A DNA stretch of 63,330 nt, counting the filler. It is 17 parts of 17 records of this genome, joined end to end, with 100 filler letters (N's around TTAATTAATTAA, not from the genome) between each part and the next. Parts side by side here need not be neighbours in the genome. Positions count along the whole stretch, not along the records: positions 38,808 to 41,361 come from SRR11831580_3948; positions 41,462 to 46,615 come from SRR11831580_3961; positions 46,716 to 49,666 come from SRR11831580_3969; positions 49,767 to 53,315 come from SRR11831580_3974; 13 more parts are not named here. One strand, given 5' to 3'. Within the stretch, counting starts at the first letter, position 1, and every line of letters starts with the position of its first letter. Below the pieces are notes generated by a model. That model worked only from the letters and a program-made list of their open reading frames with translations, searched no databases and had not been told where the DNA came from. Below, in pieces: positions 38,808-50,525 of the stretch. A program made the position numbers and the translations under genes.

Positions 38808-39639
38808 TAGTCTCTCTACGCGACTGCCTGTTTTTCTGTTCGGCGCTATGTGGGGGATCGGTAATATCAACTACGGCCTGACCATGCGTTATCTCGGCAT
38901 GTCGATGGGAATTGGCATCGCCATTGGCATTACGTTGATTGTCGGTACGCTGATGACGCCAATTATCAACGGCAATTTCGATGTGTTGATTAGCACCGAA
39001 GGCGGACGCATGACGTTGCTCGGCGTTCTGGTGGCGCTGATTGGCGTAGGGATTGTAACTCGCGCCGGGCAGTTGAAAGAGCGCAAGATGGGCATTAAAG
39101 CCGAAGAGTTCAATCTGAAAAAAGGGCTGGTGCTGGCGGTGATGTGCGGCATTTTCTCTGCCGGGATGTCCTTTGCGATGAACGCCGCAAAACCGATGCA
39201 TGAAGCCGCTGCCGCACTTGGCGTCGATCCACTGTATGTCGCTCTGCCAAGCTATGTTGTCATCATGGGCGGCGGCGCGATCATTAACCTCGGTTTCTGT
39301 TTTATTCGTCTGGCAAAAGTGAAGGATTTGTCGCTAAAAGCCGACTTCTCGCTGGCAAAATCGCTGATCATTCACAATGTGTTACTCTCGACACTGGGCG
39401 GGTTGATGTGGTATCTGCAATTCTTTTTCTATGCCTGGGGCCACGCCCGCATTCCGGCGCAGTATGACTACATCAGTTGGATGCTGCATATGAGTTTCTA
39501 TGTATTGTGCGGCGGTATCGTCGGGCTGGTGCTGAAAGAGTGGAACAATGCAGGACGCCGTCCGGTAACGGTGTTGAGCCTCGGTTGTGTGGTGATTATT
39601 GTCGCCGCTAACATCGTCGGCATCGGCATGGCGAATTAA
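38808..39639 (+). CDS. rhaT: L-rhamnose/proton symporter RhaT, 3' part
   Basis: [17 protein letters not shown]; convergent with rhaR. Confidence 0.93.
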
Positions 39640-40484
39640 TCTTTCTGCGAATTGAGATGACGCCACTGGCTGGGCGTCATCCCGGTTTCCCGGGTAAACA
39701 CCACCGAAAAATAGTTACTATCTTCAAAGCCACATTCGGTCGAAATATCACTGATTAACAGGCGGCTATGCTGGAGAAGATATTGCGCATGACACACTCT
39801 GACCTGTCGCAGATATTGATTGATGGTCATTCCAGTCTGCTGGCGAAATTGCTGACGCAAAACGCGCTCACTGCACGATGCCTCATCACAAAATTTATCC
39901 AGCGCAAAGGGACTTTTCAGGCTAGCCGCCAGCCGGGTAATCAGCTTATCCAGCAACGTTTCGCTGGATGTTGGCGGCAACGAATCACTGGTGTAACGAT
40001 GGCGATTCAGCAACATCACCAACTGCCCGAACAGCAACTCAGCCATTTCGTTAGCAAACGGCACATGCTGACTACTTTCATGCTCAAGCTGACCGATAAC
40101 CTGCCGCGCCTGCGCCATCCCCATGCTACCTAAGCGCCAGTGTGGTTGCCCTGCGCTGGCGTTAAATCCCGGAATCGCCCCCTGCCAGTCAAGATTCAGC
40201 TTCAGACGCTCCGGGCAATAAATAATATTCTGCAAAACCAGATCGTTAACGGAAGCGTAGGAGTGTTTATCGTCAGCATGAATGTAAAAGAGATCGCCAC
40301 GGGTAATGCGATAAGGGCGATCGTTGAGTACATGCAGGCCATTACCGCGCCAGACAATCACCAGCTCACAAAAATCATGTGTATGTTCAGCAAAGACATC
40401 TTGCGGATAACGGTCAGCCACAGCGACTGCCTGCTGGTCGCTGGCAAAAAAATCATCTTTGAGAAGTTTTAACTGATGCGCCAC
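39636..40484 (-). CDS. rhaR: AraC-family activator RhaR (282 aa from GTG; a longer upstream start is possible)
   Basis: AEHTHDFCE cupin plus Ara[14 protein letters not shown]. Confidence 0.92.
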
Positions 40485-40557
40485 CGTGGCTACCTCGGCC
40501 AGAGAACGAAGTTGATTATTCGCAATATGGCGTACAAATACGTTGAGAAGATTCGCG

Positions 40558-41361
40558 TTATTGCAGAAAGCCATCCCGTCCCTGGCGAATATCACGCGGT
40601 GACCAGTTAAACTCTCGGCGAAAAAGCGTCGAAAAGTGGTTACTGTCGCTGAATCCACAGCGATAGGCGATGTCAGTAACGCTGGCCTCGCTGTGGCGTA
40701 GCAGATGTCGGGCTTTCATCAGTCGCAGGCGGTTCAGGTATCGCTGAGGCGTCAGTCCCGTTTGCTGCTTAAGCTGCCGATGTAGCGTACGCAGTGAAAG
40801 AGAAAATTGATCCGCCACGGCATCCCAATTCACCTCATCGGCAAAATGGTCCTCCAGCCAGGCCAGAAGCAAGTTGAGACGTGATGCGCTGTTTTCCAGG
40901 TTCTCCTGCAAACTGCTTTTACGCAGCAAGAGCAGTAATTGCATAAACAAGATCTCGCGACTGGCGGTCGAGGGTAAATCATTTTCCCCTTCCTGCTGTT
41001 CCATCTGTGCAACCAGCTGTCGCACCTGCTGCAATACGCTGTGGTTAACGCGCCAGTGAGACGGATACTGCCCATCCAGCTCTTGTGGCAGCAACTGATT
41101 CAGCCCGGCGAGAAACTGAAATCGATCCGGCGAGCGATACAGCACATTGGTCAGACACAGATTATCGGTATGTTCATACAGATGCCGATCATGATCGCGT
41201 ACGAAACAGACCGTGCCACCGGTGATGGTATAGGGCTGCCCATTAAACACATGAATACCCGTGCCATGTTCGACAATCACAATTTCATGAAAATCATGAT
41301 GATGTTCAGGAAAATCCGCCTGCGGGAGCCGGGGTTCTATCGCCACGGACGCGTTACCAGA
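40558..41361 (-). CDS. rhaS: AraC-family activator RhaS (start cut)
   Basis: [22 protein letters not shown]. Confidence 0.94.
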   Translation of the reverse strand, partial: SGNASVAIEPRLPQADFPEHHHDFHEIVIVEHGTGIHVFNGQPYTITGGTVCFVRDHDRHLYEHTDNLCLTNVLYRSPDRFQFLAGLNQLLPQELDGQYPSHWRVNHSVLQQVRQLVAQMEQQEGENDLPSTASREILFMQLLLLLRKSSLQENLENSASRLNLLLAWLEDHFADEVNWDAVADQFSLSLRTLHRQLKQQTGLTPQRYLNRLRLMKARHLLRHSEASVTDIAYRCGFSDSNHFSTLFRREFNWSPRDIRQGRDGFLQ

Positions 41362-41461
41362 NNNNNNNNNNNNNNNNNNNNNNNNNNNNNNNNNNNNNNN
41401 NNNNNTTAATTAATTAANNNNNNNNNNNNNNNNNNNNNNNNNNNNNNNNNNNNNNNNNNNN

Positions 41462-41822
41462 GGATCTGGTGGGGGCCTGGCAACAGGCGCTGATTCAGCT
41501 GGATCTTGATCCCAAAACTGACGCGTACGTGCTGGCGCTTCCCGCCTCGCTGCCTGTGCGTTACGCCGCGGTACTGACGGTCATCAACGCGTTGGTCGAT
41601 TTCGTCGCGCGTTTTCCGAATCCGCATCCCCTGCTGGTGGTGGCCGGGCAGGACTTTGGTAAAGCTCTGGGCATGTTGTTGCGCCCACAGCTACAACAAC
41701 TCCCGTTGGCAGTCATTGACGAAGTGATTGTCCGCGCGGGGGACTATATCGACATTGGTACGCCTCTTTTTGGCGGATCGGTTGTGCCGGTGACGGTGAA
41801 ATCACTCGCATTTCCTTCCTGA
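41462..41822 (+). CDS. eutA: Ethanolamine ammonia-lyase reactivase EutA, 3' part
   Basis: GDYIDIGTP...VVPVTVKSLAFPS C-terminus. Confidence 0.92.
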
Positions 41823-41833
41823 GGGAACGACTT

Positions 41834-43195
41834 ATGAAACTAAAGACCACATTGTTCGGCAATGTATATCAGTTTAAGGATGTAAAAGAGGTGCTGGCTA
41901 AAGCCAACGAACTGCGTTCGGGGGATGTGCTGGCGGGCGTCGCAGCGGCAAGCTCACAGGAGCGCGTGGCGGCAAAGCAGGTGTTGTCGGAAATGACCGT
42001 AGCGGACATCCGCAATAATCCGGTGATTGCCTATGAAGATGACTGCGTGACGCGGCTGATTCAGGACGATGTTAACGAAACGGCCTACAACCAGATTAAA
42101 AACTGGAGCATCAGCGAACTGCGTGAGTATGTGCTGAGCGATGAAACCAGCGTGGACGACATTGCCTTTACCCGCAAAGGGCTGACCTCGGAAGTGGTCG
42201 CGGCGGTAGCGAAGATTTGCTCCAACGCGGACCTGATCTACGGCGCGAAGAAAATGCCGGTAATCAAAAAGGCCAATACCACCATCGGTATTCCGGGCAC
42301 CTTTAGCGCCCGTTTGCAGCCAAATGACACCCGTGACGACGTGCAAAGTATCGCCGCGCAAATCTACGAAGGGCTTTCCTTCGGGGTGGGCGATGCGGTG
42401 ATCGGCGTTAACCCGGTGACTGACGACGTGGAAAACTTAAGCCGCGTGTTGGATACCATCTATGGCGTGATCGACAAATTCAACATCCCAACTCAGGGCT
42501 GTGTACTGGCGCACGTCACCACCCAGATCGAAGCGATCCGTCGTGGCGCACCGGGCGGGCTGATTTTCCAGAGTATCTGTGGCAGCGAAAAAGGGCTGAA
42601 AGAGTTTGGCGTGGAGCTGGCGATGCTCGACGAAGCGCGCGCAGTGGGCGCGGAGTTCAACCGTATCGCCGGGGAAAACTGCCTCTACTTCGAAACCGGA
42701 CAAGGCTCTGCGCTATCCGCTGGCGCTAACTTCGGCGCAGACCAGGTAACGATGGAAGCACGTAACTACGGGCTGGCGCGTCATTACGATCCGTTTATCG
42801 TCAACACCGTGGTCGGCTTTATTGGGCCGGAGTATCTCTACAACGACCGCCAGATTATCCGTGCTGGCTTAGAAGATCACTTTATGGGCAAGCTGAGCGG
42901 CATCTCTATGGGCTGTGACTGCTGTTATACCAACCACGCTGACGCTGACCAGAACCTCAACGAAAACCTGATGATCCTGCTCGCCACCGCAGGCTGCAAC
43001 TACATCATGGGGATGCCGCTGGGTGATGACATCATGCTCAACTACCAGACCACCGCATTCCACGATACCGCCACTGTGCGTCAGTTACTCAACCTGCGCC
43101 CGTCACCGGAGTTTGAACGCTGGCTGGAAAGCATGGGCATTATGGCAAACGGTCGCCTGACCAAACGGGCGGGCGATCCGTCACTGTTCTTCTGA
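41834..43195 (+). CDS. eutB: Ethanolamine ammonia-lyase large subunit
   Basis: 453 aa; RLQPND, YFETGQGS. Confidence 0.97.
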   Translation: MKLKTTLFGNVYQFKDVKEVLAKANELRSGDVLAGVAAASSQERVAAKQVLSEMTVADIRNNPVIAYEDDCVTRLIQDDVNETAYNQIKNWSISELREYVLSDETSVDDIAFTRKGLTSEVVAAVAKICSNADLIYGAKKMPVIKKANTTIGIPGTFSARLQPNDTRDDVQSIAAQIYEGLSFGVGDAVIGVNPVTDDVENLSRVLDTIYGVIDKFNIPTQGCVLAHVTTQIEAIRRGAPGGLIFQSICGSEKGLKEFGVELAMLDEARAVGAEFNRIAGENCLYFETGQGSALSAGANFGADQVTMEARNYGLARHYDPFIVNTVVGFIGPEYLYNDRQIIRAGLEDHFMGKLSGISMGCDCCYTNHADADQNLNENLMILLATAGCNYIMGMPLGDDIMLNYQTTAFHDTATVRQLLNLRPSPEFERWLESMGIMANGRLTKRAGDPSLFF

Positions 43196-43215
43196 TGACG
43201 CGGAGATAACATATC

Positions 43216-44102
43216 ATGGATCAAAAACAGATTGAAGAAATTGTACGCAGCGTGATGGCGTCAATGGGACAAGCGGCCCCGCGCCGTCAGAAGCAAAGTG
43301 CGCCACCACCAACTGTGCGGCACCGGTGACCTCGGAAAGCTGTGCGCTGGATTTAGGTTCCGCTGAAGCAAAAGCGTGGATTGGTGTTGAAAATCCGCAT
43401 CGCGCAGACGTATTAACAGAACTGCGCCGCAGCACCGTGGCCCGCGTTTGTACCGGTCGTGCCGGTCCGCGTCCACGTACGCAGGCGCTGCTGCGTTTCC
43501 TGGCCGATCACTCTCGTTCGAAAGATACCGTACTGAAAGAAGTGCCGGAAGAGTGGGTGAAAGCGCAGGGCTTGCTGGAAGTACGCTCTGAAATTAGCGA
43601 CAAAAATCTCTACCTGACTCGCCCGGATATGGGCCGCCGCCTGTGTGCAGAAGCTGTTGAAGCGCTGAAAGCGCAGTGTGTTGCCAATCCGGACGTACAG
43701 GTCGTTATTTCTGATGGCCTGTCAACTGATGCGATCACCGTGAACTACGAAGAGATCCTGCCACCGCTGATGGCGGGCCTGAAACAGGCCGGGCTGAAAG
43801 TCGGTACACCATTCTTTGTTCGTTATGGTCGCGTGAAGATTGAAGATCAGATCGGTGAGATCCTCGGCGCGAAAGTAGTGATCCTGCTGGTGGGCGAACG
43901 TCCGGGGTTGGGTCAGTCAGAAAGCCTCTCCTGCTACGCCGTTTACTCGCCGCGTATGGCGACCACCGTTGAGGCCGATCGCACCTGTATCTCTAACATT
44001 CACCAGGGCGGCACGCCGCCGGTTGAAGCCGCAGCCGTCATTGTGGATTTGGCGAAACGTATGCTGGAGCAGAAAGCATCCGGCATCAACATGACCCGAT
44101 AA
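43216..44102 (+). CDS. eutC: Ethanolamine ammonia-lyase small subunit; apparent -1 frameshift at 43277-43280
   Basis: Starts [16 protein letters not shown] (encapsulation peptide); SDGLS and GERPGL in a shifted frame. Confidence 0.94.
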
Positions 44103-44111
44103 GGAGGCATC

Positions 44112-44771
44112 ATGCCAGCTTTAGATTTGATTCGACCGTCTGTCACCGCTATGCGGGTGATTGCCTCCGTTAACGCCGATTTTGCGCGTGAACTGAAATT
44201 GCCGCCGCATATTCGTAGCCTCGGTCTGATTTCTGCCGACTCCGATGACGTCACCTACATTGCCGCTGATGAAGCGACCAAGCAGGCGATGGTGGAAGTG
44301 GTGTATGGCCGCTCGCTATATGCGGGCGCTGCACACGGCCCGTCACCGACTGCCGGTGAAGTGCTGATTATGCTTGGTGGGCCAAACCCGGCGGAAGTGC
44401 GTGCAGGTCTGGATGCGATGATTGCGCATATTGAAAATGGCGCAGCTTTCCAGTGGGCTAATGACGCGCAAGATACGGCATTCCTGGCACATGTAGTTTC
44501 GCGTACCGGTTCTTATCTCTCATCAACCGCCGGGATCACGCTTGGCGATCCGATGGCGTATCTGGTGGCACCGCCGCTGGAAGCGACCTATGGCATTGAT
44601 GCAGCCCTGAAGTCTGCCGACGTACAGCTGGCGACCTATGTCCCGCCACCGTCTGAAACCAACTACTCGGCAGCATTTTTAACCGGTAGCCAGGCAGCGT
44701 GTAAAGCAGCCTGTAACGCCTTTACCGATGCAGTGCTGGAAATCGCGCGTAATCCAATCCAGCGTGCGTAA
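44112..44771 (+). CDS. eutL: Microcompartment shell protein EutL
   Basis: 219-aa tandem BMC protein; recognised sequence. Confidence 0.95.
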   Translation: MPALDLIRPSVTAMRVIASVNADFARELKLPPHIRSLGLISADSDDVTYIAADEATKQAMVEVVYGRSLYAGAAHGPSPTAGEVLIMLGGPNPAEVRAGLDAMIAHIENGAAFQWANDAQDTAFLAHVVSRTGSYLSSTAGITLGDPMAYLVAPPLEATYGIDAALKSADVQLATYVPPPSETNYSAAFLTGSQAACKAACNAFTDAVLEIARNPIQRA

Positions 44772-44783
44772 CGGAGGTTGCCG

Positions 44784-45284
44784 ATGATCAATGCACTGGG
44801 ATTGCTGGAAGTGGACGGCATGGTCGCCGCGATAGATGCAGCGGATGCCATGCTCAAAGCAGCTAACGTTCGTCTGCTCAGTCACGAAGTGCTTGACCCT
44901 GGTCGCTTAACGCTGGTGGTGGAAGGCGATCTGGCGGCGTGTCGTGCGGCGCTGGACGCAGGTTGTGCTGCCGCGATGCGTACCGGGCGTGTCATCAGCC
45001 GCAAGGAGATCGGTCGGCCAGACGATGACACCCAGTGGCTGGTTACTGGCTTTAACCGCCAGCCGAAGCAACCCGTAAGGGAACCCGACGCGCCAGTTAT
45101 CGTCGCGGAATCTGCTGACGAGTTGTTGGCGCTGTTAACATCAGTACGTCAGGGAATGACGGCAGGAGAAGTGGCTGCCCACTTTGGCTGGCCGCTGGAA
45201 AAAGCCAGAAATGCGCTCGAACAGCTCTTTTCTGCCGGGACGTTACGTAAACGCAGTAGTCGTTATCGTCTCAAGCCCCATTAA
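44784..45284 (+). CDS. eutK: Microcompartment protein EutK (BMC domain plus C-terminal HTH)
   Basis: ALGLLEVDGMVAAIDAADAMLKAANV BMC motif. Confidence 0.94.
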   Translation: MINALGLLEVDGMVAAIDAADAMLKAANVRLLSHEVLDPGRLTLVVEGDLAACRAALDAGCAAAMRTGRVISRKEIGRPDDDTQWLVTGFNRQPKQPVREPDAPVIVAESADELLALLTSVRQGMTAGEVAAHFGWPLEKARNALEQLFSAGTLRKRSSRYRLKPH

Positions 45285-45295
45285 CCTGTCGGAGG

Positions 45296-45321
45296 TGCCG
45301 GGTGTCCTACAACACCCGGCA
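45296..45321 (+). terminator. Hairpin between eutK and eutR
   Basis: TGCCGGGTGT-N6-ACACCCGGCA; no U-tract. Confidence 0.45.
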
Positions 45322-45329
45322 TTAACATC

Positions 45330-46382
45330 ATGAAAAAGACCCGTACAGCCAATTTGCACCATCTTTATCATGAACCCTTACCCGAAAACCTGAAGCTCAC
45401 GCCGAAGGTCGAAGTGGATAATGTTCATCAACGACAGACAACGGATGTCTATGAACATGCTTTAACGATTACCGCCTGGCAGCAGATTTACGATCAGCTG
45501 CATCCGGGCAAGTTTCATGGTGAATTTACGGAAATTCTACTCGATGATATTCAGGTTTTTCGTGAATACACCGGTCTGGCGCTGCGTCAGTCGTGCCTGG
45601 TCTGGCCGAACTCGTTCTGGTTTGGCATTCCGGCGACGCGCGGTGAGCAGGGATTTATCGGTTCGCAATGTCTGGGAAGCGCGGAAATCGCCACCCGCCC
45701 TGGTGGCACTGAATTTGAACTGAGCACGCCGGATGATTACACGATCCTGGGCGTGGTGCTTTCTGAAGATGTCATCACCCGGCAGGCTAACTTTTTGCAT
45801 AACCCGGATCGGGTATTACATATGTTGCGTAACCAGTCGGCGCTGGAAGTGAAAGAGCAGCATAAAGCCGCGCTGTGGGGCTTTGTCCAACAGGCGCTGG
45901 CGACGTTTTGCGAGAATCCGGAAAATCTCCATCAGCCTGCAGTGCGAAAAGTGCTGGGGGATAATTTGCTAATGGCGATGGGGGCCATGCTGGAAGAAGC
46001 GCAACCAATGGTGACGGCGGAAAGCATCAGTCATCAGAGTTACCGTCGATTGCTTTCCCGCGCCCGTGAATATGTGCTGGAAAACATGTCCGAACCGGTG
46101 ACGGTGCTGGATTTGTGTAATCAACTGCATGTCAGCCGCCGCACGCTACAAAACGCGTTTCACGCTATTTTAGGCATTGGCCCGAACGCGTGGCTGAAAC
46201 GCATTCGCCTGAACGCCGTACGCCGCGAACTGATAAGTCCGTGGTCGCAAAGTATGACGGTAAAAGACGCCGCCATGCAGTGGGGATTCTGGCATCTGGG
46301 GCAATTTGCCACGGATTACCAGCAGCTGTTTTCCGAGAAGCCGTCACTGACGCTGCATCAGCGGATGCGGGAGTGGGGGTGA
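45330..46382 (+). CDS. eutR: AraC-family activator EutR
   Basis: 350 aa; [13 protein letters not shown]. Confidence 0.95.
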
Positions 46383-46387
46383 GGGAG

Positions 46388-46615
<228 letters not shown>

Positions 46616-46742
46616 NNNNNNNNNNNNNNNNNNNNNNNNNNNNNNNNNNNNNNNNNNNNTTAATTAATTAANNNNNNNNNNNNNNNNNNNNNNNNNNNNN
46701 NNNNNNNNNNNNNNNTCCGGCGGCAAAGGGCATCATGGTAAA

Positions 46743-47804
46743 TCAGTTATAGTTAATCTTAAAAAGCACCACTGTATCGAAGGGGCCAGCCTCGATGGGG
46801 GTGCCTGGAATGGACGAAAGTTCAGCCGTATAGGTTTTTTCGTAGACCAACATGTCACTGGTGAAATCGGCGTATTCAGCATATTTATTGAAGGTATAAG
46901 GCGAGGCGTTTTCATCCAGTAAACGTAGCTTCAGACCATTACCAATCAACAATGCTTTATCTTCTTCAACCAACGTTTCTTCGGTATAAAAGGAGGAACT
47001 GACTTTAAATCCGTCGGTGCATTGATCGTTTTGGCTCTTGGTCGTTTTAATACTGAACGTTTTCGACATTGTGTGGCGACGTATATCCAGCAAATTAAAT
47101 TTACCAAAATCAATCACCTGTGTTTCCGGTGAAATGGAAAAATTGACGCTGCAATCCAGCACGCGAATGTTTTCCAGACCAGTAATATGATATTTCAGGT
47201 TTTGGGCAGTAGGGTCTTCGTTAACGCTACCGGCACCGTCAAATTGCACGACGATATAGTCGCTAAGCGTACTTTGATAATCATGCGGCGGCATTTCTCG
47301 TATTTTGACGTATAACCGCATGCGAGCGAGAAAGGTACGCGACATATGAATATTAGCGGGATCGCCCGAGCAAATTTTGTTCTGCCATCCCATCGCGATG
47401 ATCTGCTCAGGGGTATAAATATCAATGTTCTTACTGTCGATACACTGGTTAGTGTCGATGCGACTTTTTCCCAGACTGGCATCGTAATCGACACCGTTGT
47501 ATGTCACGCCGAGTTGATAATAACGATCCTGCACCCCCGGATAGGGGTTTACCCAGGCGTAGACATGCTCGCTTTCAAAGTTGCCGTTGGTATTGTTGTC
47601 ACAATAGACGGGAATTTTAATATCGTCAGATTCCCAGATCTTATCACCGGGTTTGGCATTGCCTGGTACAGCAAACGGTTGAATCGCTTCTGATTTTTCT
47701 ACTGCGCCACCAGATGTACCAAAATAGCAGTTCAGCGCCATTGCAGACTTCAACGGCAGAAATAACAGGCAGATGACGAGCAACAATCCCTTGCCAGCAC
47801 TCAT
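46743..47804 (-). CDS. ybgO: Fimbrial adhesin-like protein YbgO
   Basis: Signal peptide MSAGKGLLL; pilin-type C-terminus FKINYN. Confidence 0.88.
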   Translation of the reverse strand: MSAGKGLLLVICLLFLPLKSAMALNCYFGTSGGAVEKSEAIQPFAVPGNAKPGDKIWESDDIKIPVYCDNNTNGNFESEHVYAWVNPYPGVQDRYYQLGVTYNGVDYDASLGKSRIDTNQCIDSKNIDIYTPEQIIAMGWQNKICSGDPANIHMSRTFLARMRLYVKIREMPPHDYQSTLSDYIVVQFDGAGSVNEDPTAQNLKYHITGLENIRVLDCSVNFSISPETQVIDFGKFNLLDIRRHTMSKTFSIKTTKSQNDQCTDGFKVSSSFYTEETLVEEDKALLIGNGLKLRLLDENASPYTFNKYAEYADFTSDMLVYEKTYTAELSSIPGTPIEAGPFDTVVLFKINYN

Positions 47805-48529
47805 TTCGCCTCCACTGCTTGTAAACGGCATTGTCCGCTGCAGTTGAGCGTCGTCATGCGTAATGCGCCGTAATCATCCATGTAACCGAGATAAAACTGG
47901 CTGCCGCTATAACTTCCGGTGTTTGTGTTGACCGTACTAAAAGGTGCAACCATCACGGTTTTGAAGCCTGGGAGAACGCCTTTTTCATTTCTCCCCAGAT
48001 AGGCAATGGTCAGATAATACGCGGTAGGATTTTTCAGTGTCAGTTGGTTGCCCTGCTGGCTGACCTGTAACTGCAGTTCGACCTTTTCTCCTGCTTTCTT
48101 GCGTAATGCAGCCGGTCGCCAGAACAATTTAATACGACTTTGAATAGCGACCTGAAGTATCGCATGGTCGCTGCTTTTATCCGGAGCGGGAGGAATTTCG
48201 CGCATATTGTAGAAAAATAGCGTTTCGCGATCGCCAGGTAATTGTGTGGTTGAGGCTTGTTTCACAACCCGCACCTGCGATGTCGCTTTCGGTTCCAGAC
48301 GTTGAATAGGGGGCAAAGCGACCAGAAGAGCATCGCTTTTCTCCCCTTTTTCATTTTCTATCCAGGAATAAGCAAGATAAGGCAGTTTGTCACTTTGGTT
48401 TTCGATACGCAGGCTGGTGGCTTTGTCATTGGCGTTAAACACAATGCGTGTGCGATCGGGTTGCACCGCAGCATTGCAACCCAAGCTGATGGTTAACAAC
48501 ATTAAGGGTAATCCTTTAATAAATGTCAT
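47801..48529 (-). CDS. ybgP: Fimbrial chaperone YbgP
   Basis: PapD-like [34 protein letters not shown]. Confidence 0.88.
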   Translation of the reverse strand: MTFIKGLPLMLLTISLGCNAAVQPDRTRIVFNANDKATSLRIENQSDKLPYLAYSWIENEKGEKSDALLVALPPIQRLEPKATSQVRVVKQASTTQLPGDRETLFFYNMREIPPAPDKSSDHAILQVAIQSRIKLFWRPAALRKKAGEKVELQLQVSQQGNQLTLKNPTAYYLTIAYLGRNEKGVLPGFKTVMVAPFSTVNTNTGSYSGSQFYLGYMDDYGALRMTTLNCSGQCRLQAVEAK

Positions 48530-48543
48530 TCTCTTTTCCTTAA

Positions 48544-49666
48544 TTAATGACAAGGTAAAATCAGGCGTTTGGTCGTGTCTTCCAGACGTTCTGGCAGATG
48601 AATAATGCAGCTTTGCTCACCCCAGACCACGGTAAACAGTTGATTTTCAGCGACACCGCTTAACCAGGCATGTCCTTCCTCGCCAACCATACCCACGCTA
48701 ATGCCGCTGTCATCCTGGCGGATATCCGCACCGAGGGGAGGGAACTGACCGCTGGCGTTGCGTATGATGACGTTAACGTCTTTACCGGAACGGGAAGCCA
48801 GTGATTTGTAACCTATCGCGCCTTCAATCCATGTTTCCTTGATGACGTTTTCTGCAACTGTTACGCCGTCGGGTAAGTCATTCATGTTCACCGCCACGGT
48901 GGAAGGCTGGTAACTGGAAATCAACGGCACCACCGCAATGCCAAAATGGTTGGTGTAGTCGAGATTGCCCTGAACCGGAATATCTGCCACGCCATCGGTG
49001 CTGACCATCAGGCGTGGTTCATTGGTGGAGCTGCGGCGATGAAATGCTGCACCATATTGGGTTGCGGTGAAAGAACCGCTCCAGCTGCTGCTGACGGAAC
49101 TGTAATCACTGGCGGCATAGGTACCAGAAATATCCCACTCACCCGCTGAACTCAGGTGCTGATAGTTACCGCTCACCTGGGCTCCATTGTCCGGACGATC
49201 GGATTGCAGTCCGGCAGACATGCCCCAGCTATTACGTTCATCCAGCGTATCGTTCCACGACATGCGGTGTATGGTGCTGTGGCTACTGTTTTGCATGTCA
49301 TAGCCAACCCGACCACCGTTACCGAAGGGGAGCGAAATCGACAGATAAATCTGGTTGTCGCGATCTTTATCTTCGTAGTGGGTCGTATTGAATGACGTCG
49401 AAATCGAGATATCTCTCCAGTCACCAATATCAACATTAAAACCTGCTGTGATGTTGGCGGTCGTGGAGGCGTCTGCATTCCACCAGGTTTGATGTAGCAG
49501 GTTGGCGTAAAGATTGAGGTTTAGTGGGGTAATCGGTTGGCCCACGGATAAGCTGATCGTCTGTTTTTCGTCCTGCGCATCGCTGTCGTTGTATTTGTGA
49601 TCCAGATAGTTGGCGTAGCTGTGAAAATGACGATCTGAGAAGCGATAAGCGGCGAGCGAAATCGTG
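48544..49666 (-). CDS. ybgQ: Fimbrial usher YbgQ, 3' part
   Basis: Usher C-terminus GMVGEEG...LILPCH. Confidence 0.88.
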
Positions 49667-49802
49667 NNNNNNNNNNNNNNNNNNNNNNNNNNNNNNNNNN
49701 NNNNNNNNNNTTAATTAATTAANNNNNNNNNNNNNNNNNNNNNNNNNNNNNNNNNNNNNNNNNNNNATTTTTGCCGTCAGGAATACACAAGGCGTATTAA
49801 CT

Positions 49803-50495
49803 ATGATGACTAAAATAAAGTTATTGATGCTCATTATATTTTATTTAATCATTTCGGCCAGCGCCCATGCTGCCGGAGGGATCGCATTAGGTGCCACGCG
49901 TATTATTTATCCCGCTGATGCTAAACAGACTGCGGTATGGATTAGAAATAGCCATACCAATGAGCGCTTTCTGGTCAATTCGTGGATTGAAAACAGCAGC
50001 GGTGTAAAAGAAAAGTCATTCATCATTACACCGCCACTGTTTGTTAGTGAACCCAAAAGCGAAAATACTTTGCGTATTATTTACACCGGTCCACCGCTGG
50101 CAGCAGATCGTGAGTCTCTGTTCTGGATGAATGTTAAGACGATCCCTTCGGTAGATAAAAATGCATTGAACGGCAGGAATGTTTTGCAACTGGCGATTTT
50201 ATCGCGCATGAAATTATTTCTCCGTCCAATTCAATTACAAGAATTACCCGCAGAAGCGCCGGACACACTCAAGTTTTCGCGATCCGGTAACTATATCAAT
50301 GTTCATAATCCATCACCTTTTTATGTCACCCTGGTTAACTTACAAGTGGGCAGCCAAAAGTTGGGGAATGCTATGGCTGCACCCAGAGTTAATTCACAAA
50401 TTCCCTTACCCTCAGGAGTGCAGGGAAAGCTGAAATTTCAGACCGTTAATGATTATGGTTCAGTAACTCCGGTCAGAGAAGTGAACTTAAACTAA
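49803..50495 (+). CDS. sfmC: Fimbrial chaperone SfmC
   Basis: [27 protein letters not shown]. Confidence 0.9.
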   Translation: MMTKIKLLMLIIFYLIISASAHAAGGIALGATRIIYPADAKQTAVWIRNSHTNERFLVNSWIENSSGVKEKSFIITPPLFVSEPKSENTLRIIYTGPPLAADRESLFWMNVKTIPSVDKNALNGRNVLQLAILSRMKLFLRPIQLQELPAEAPDTLKFSRSGNYINVHNPSPFYVTLVNLQVGSQKLGNAMAAPRVNSQIPLPSGVQGKLKFQTVNDYGSVTPVREVNLN

Positions 50496-50525
50496 CCGAA
50501 TCATCTGACAATATCAGAGCTAATT

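Noticed and set aside
47911..47915. Possible YbgP Asn>Ser difference (TGSYSG versus recalled TGNYSG)
   Set aside because: My recall of the reference residue is not reliable enough, and it could be a compensating miscall.
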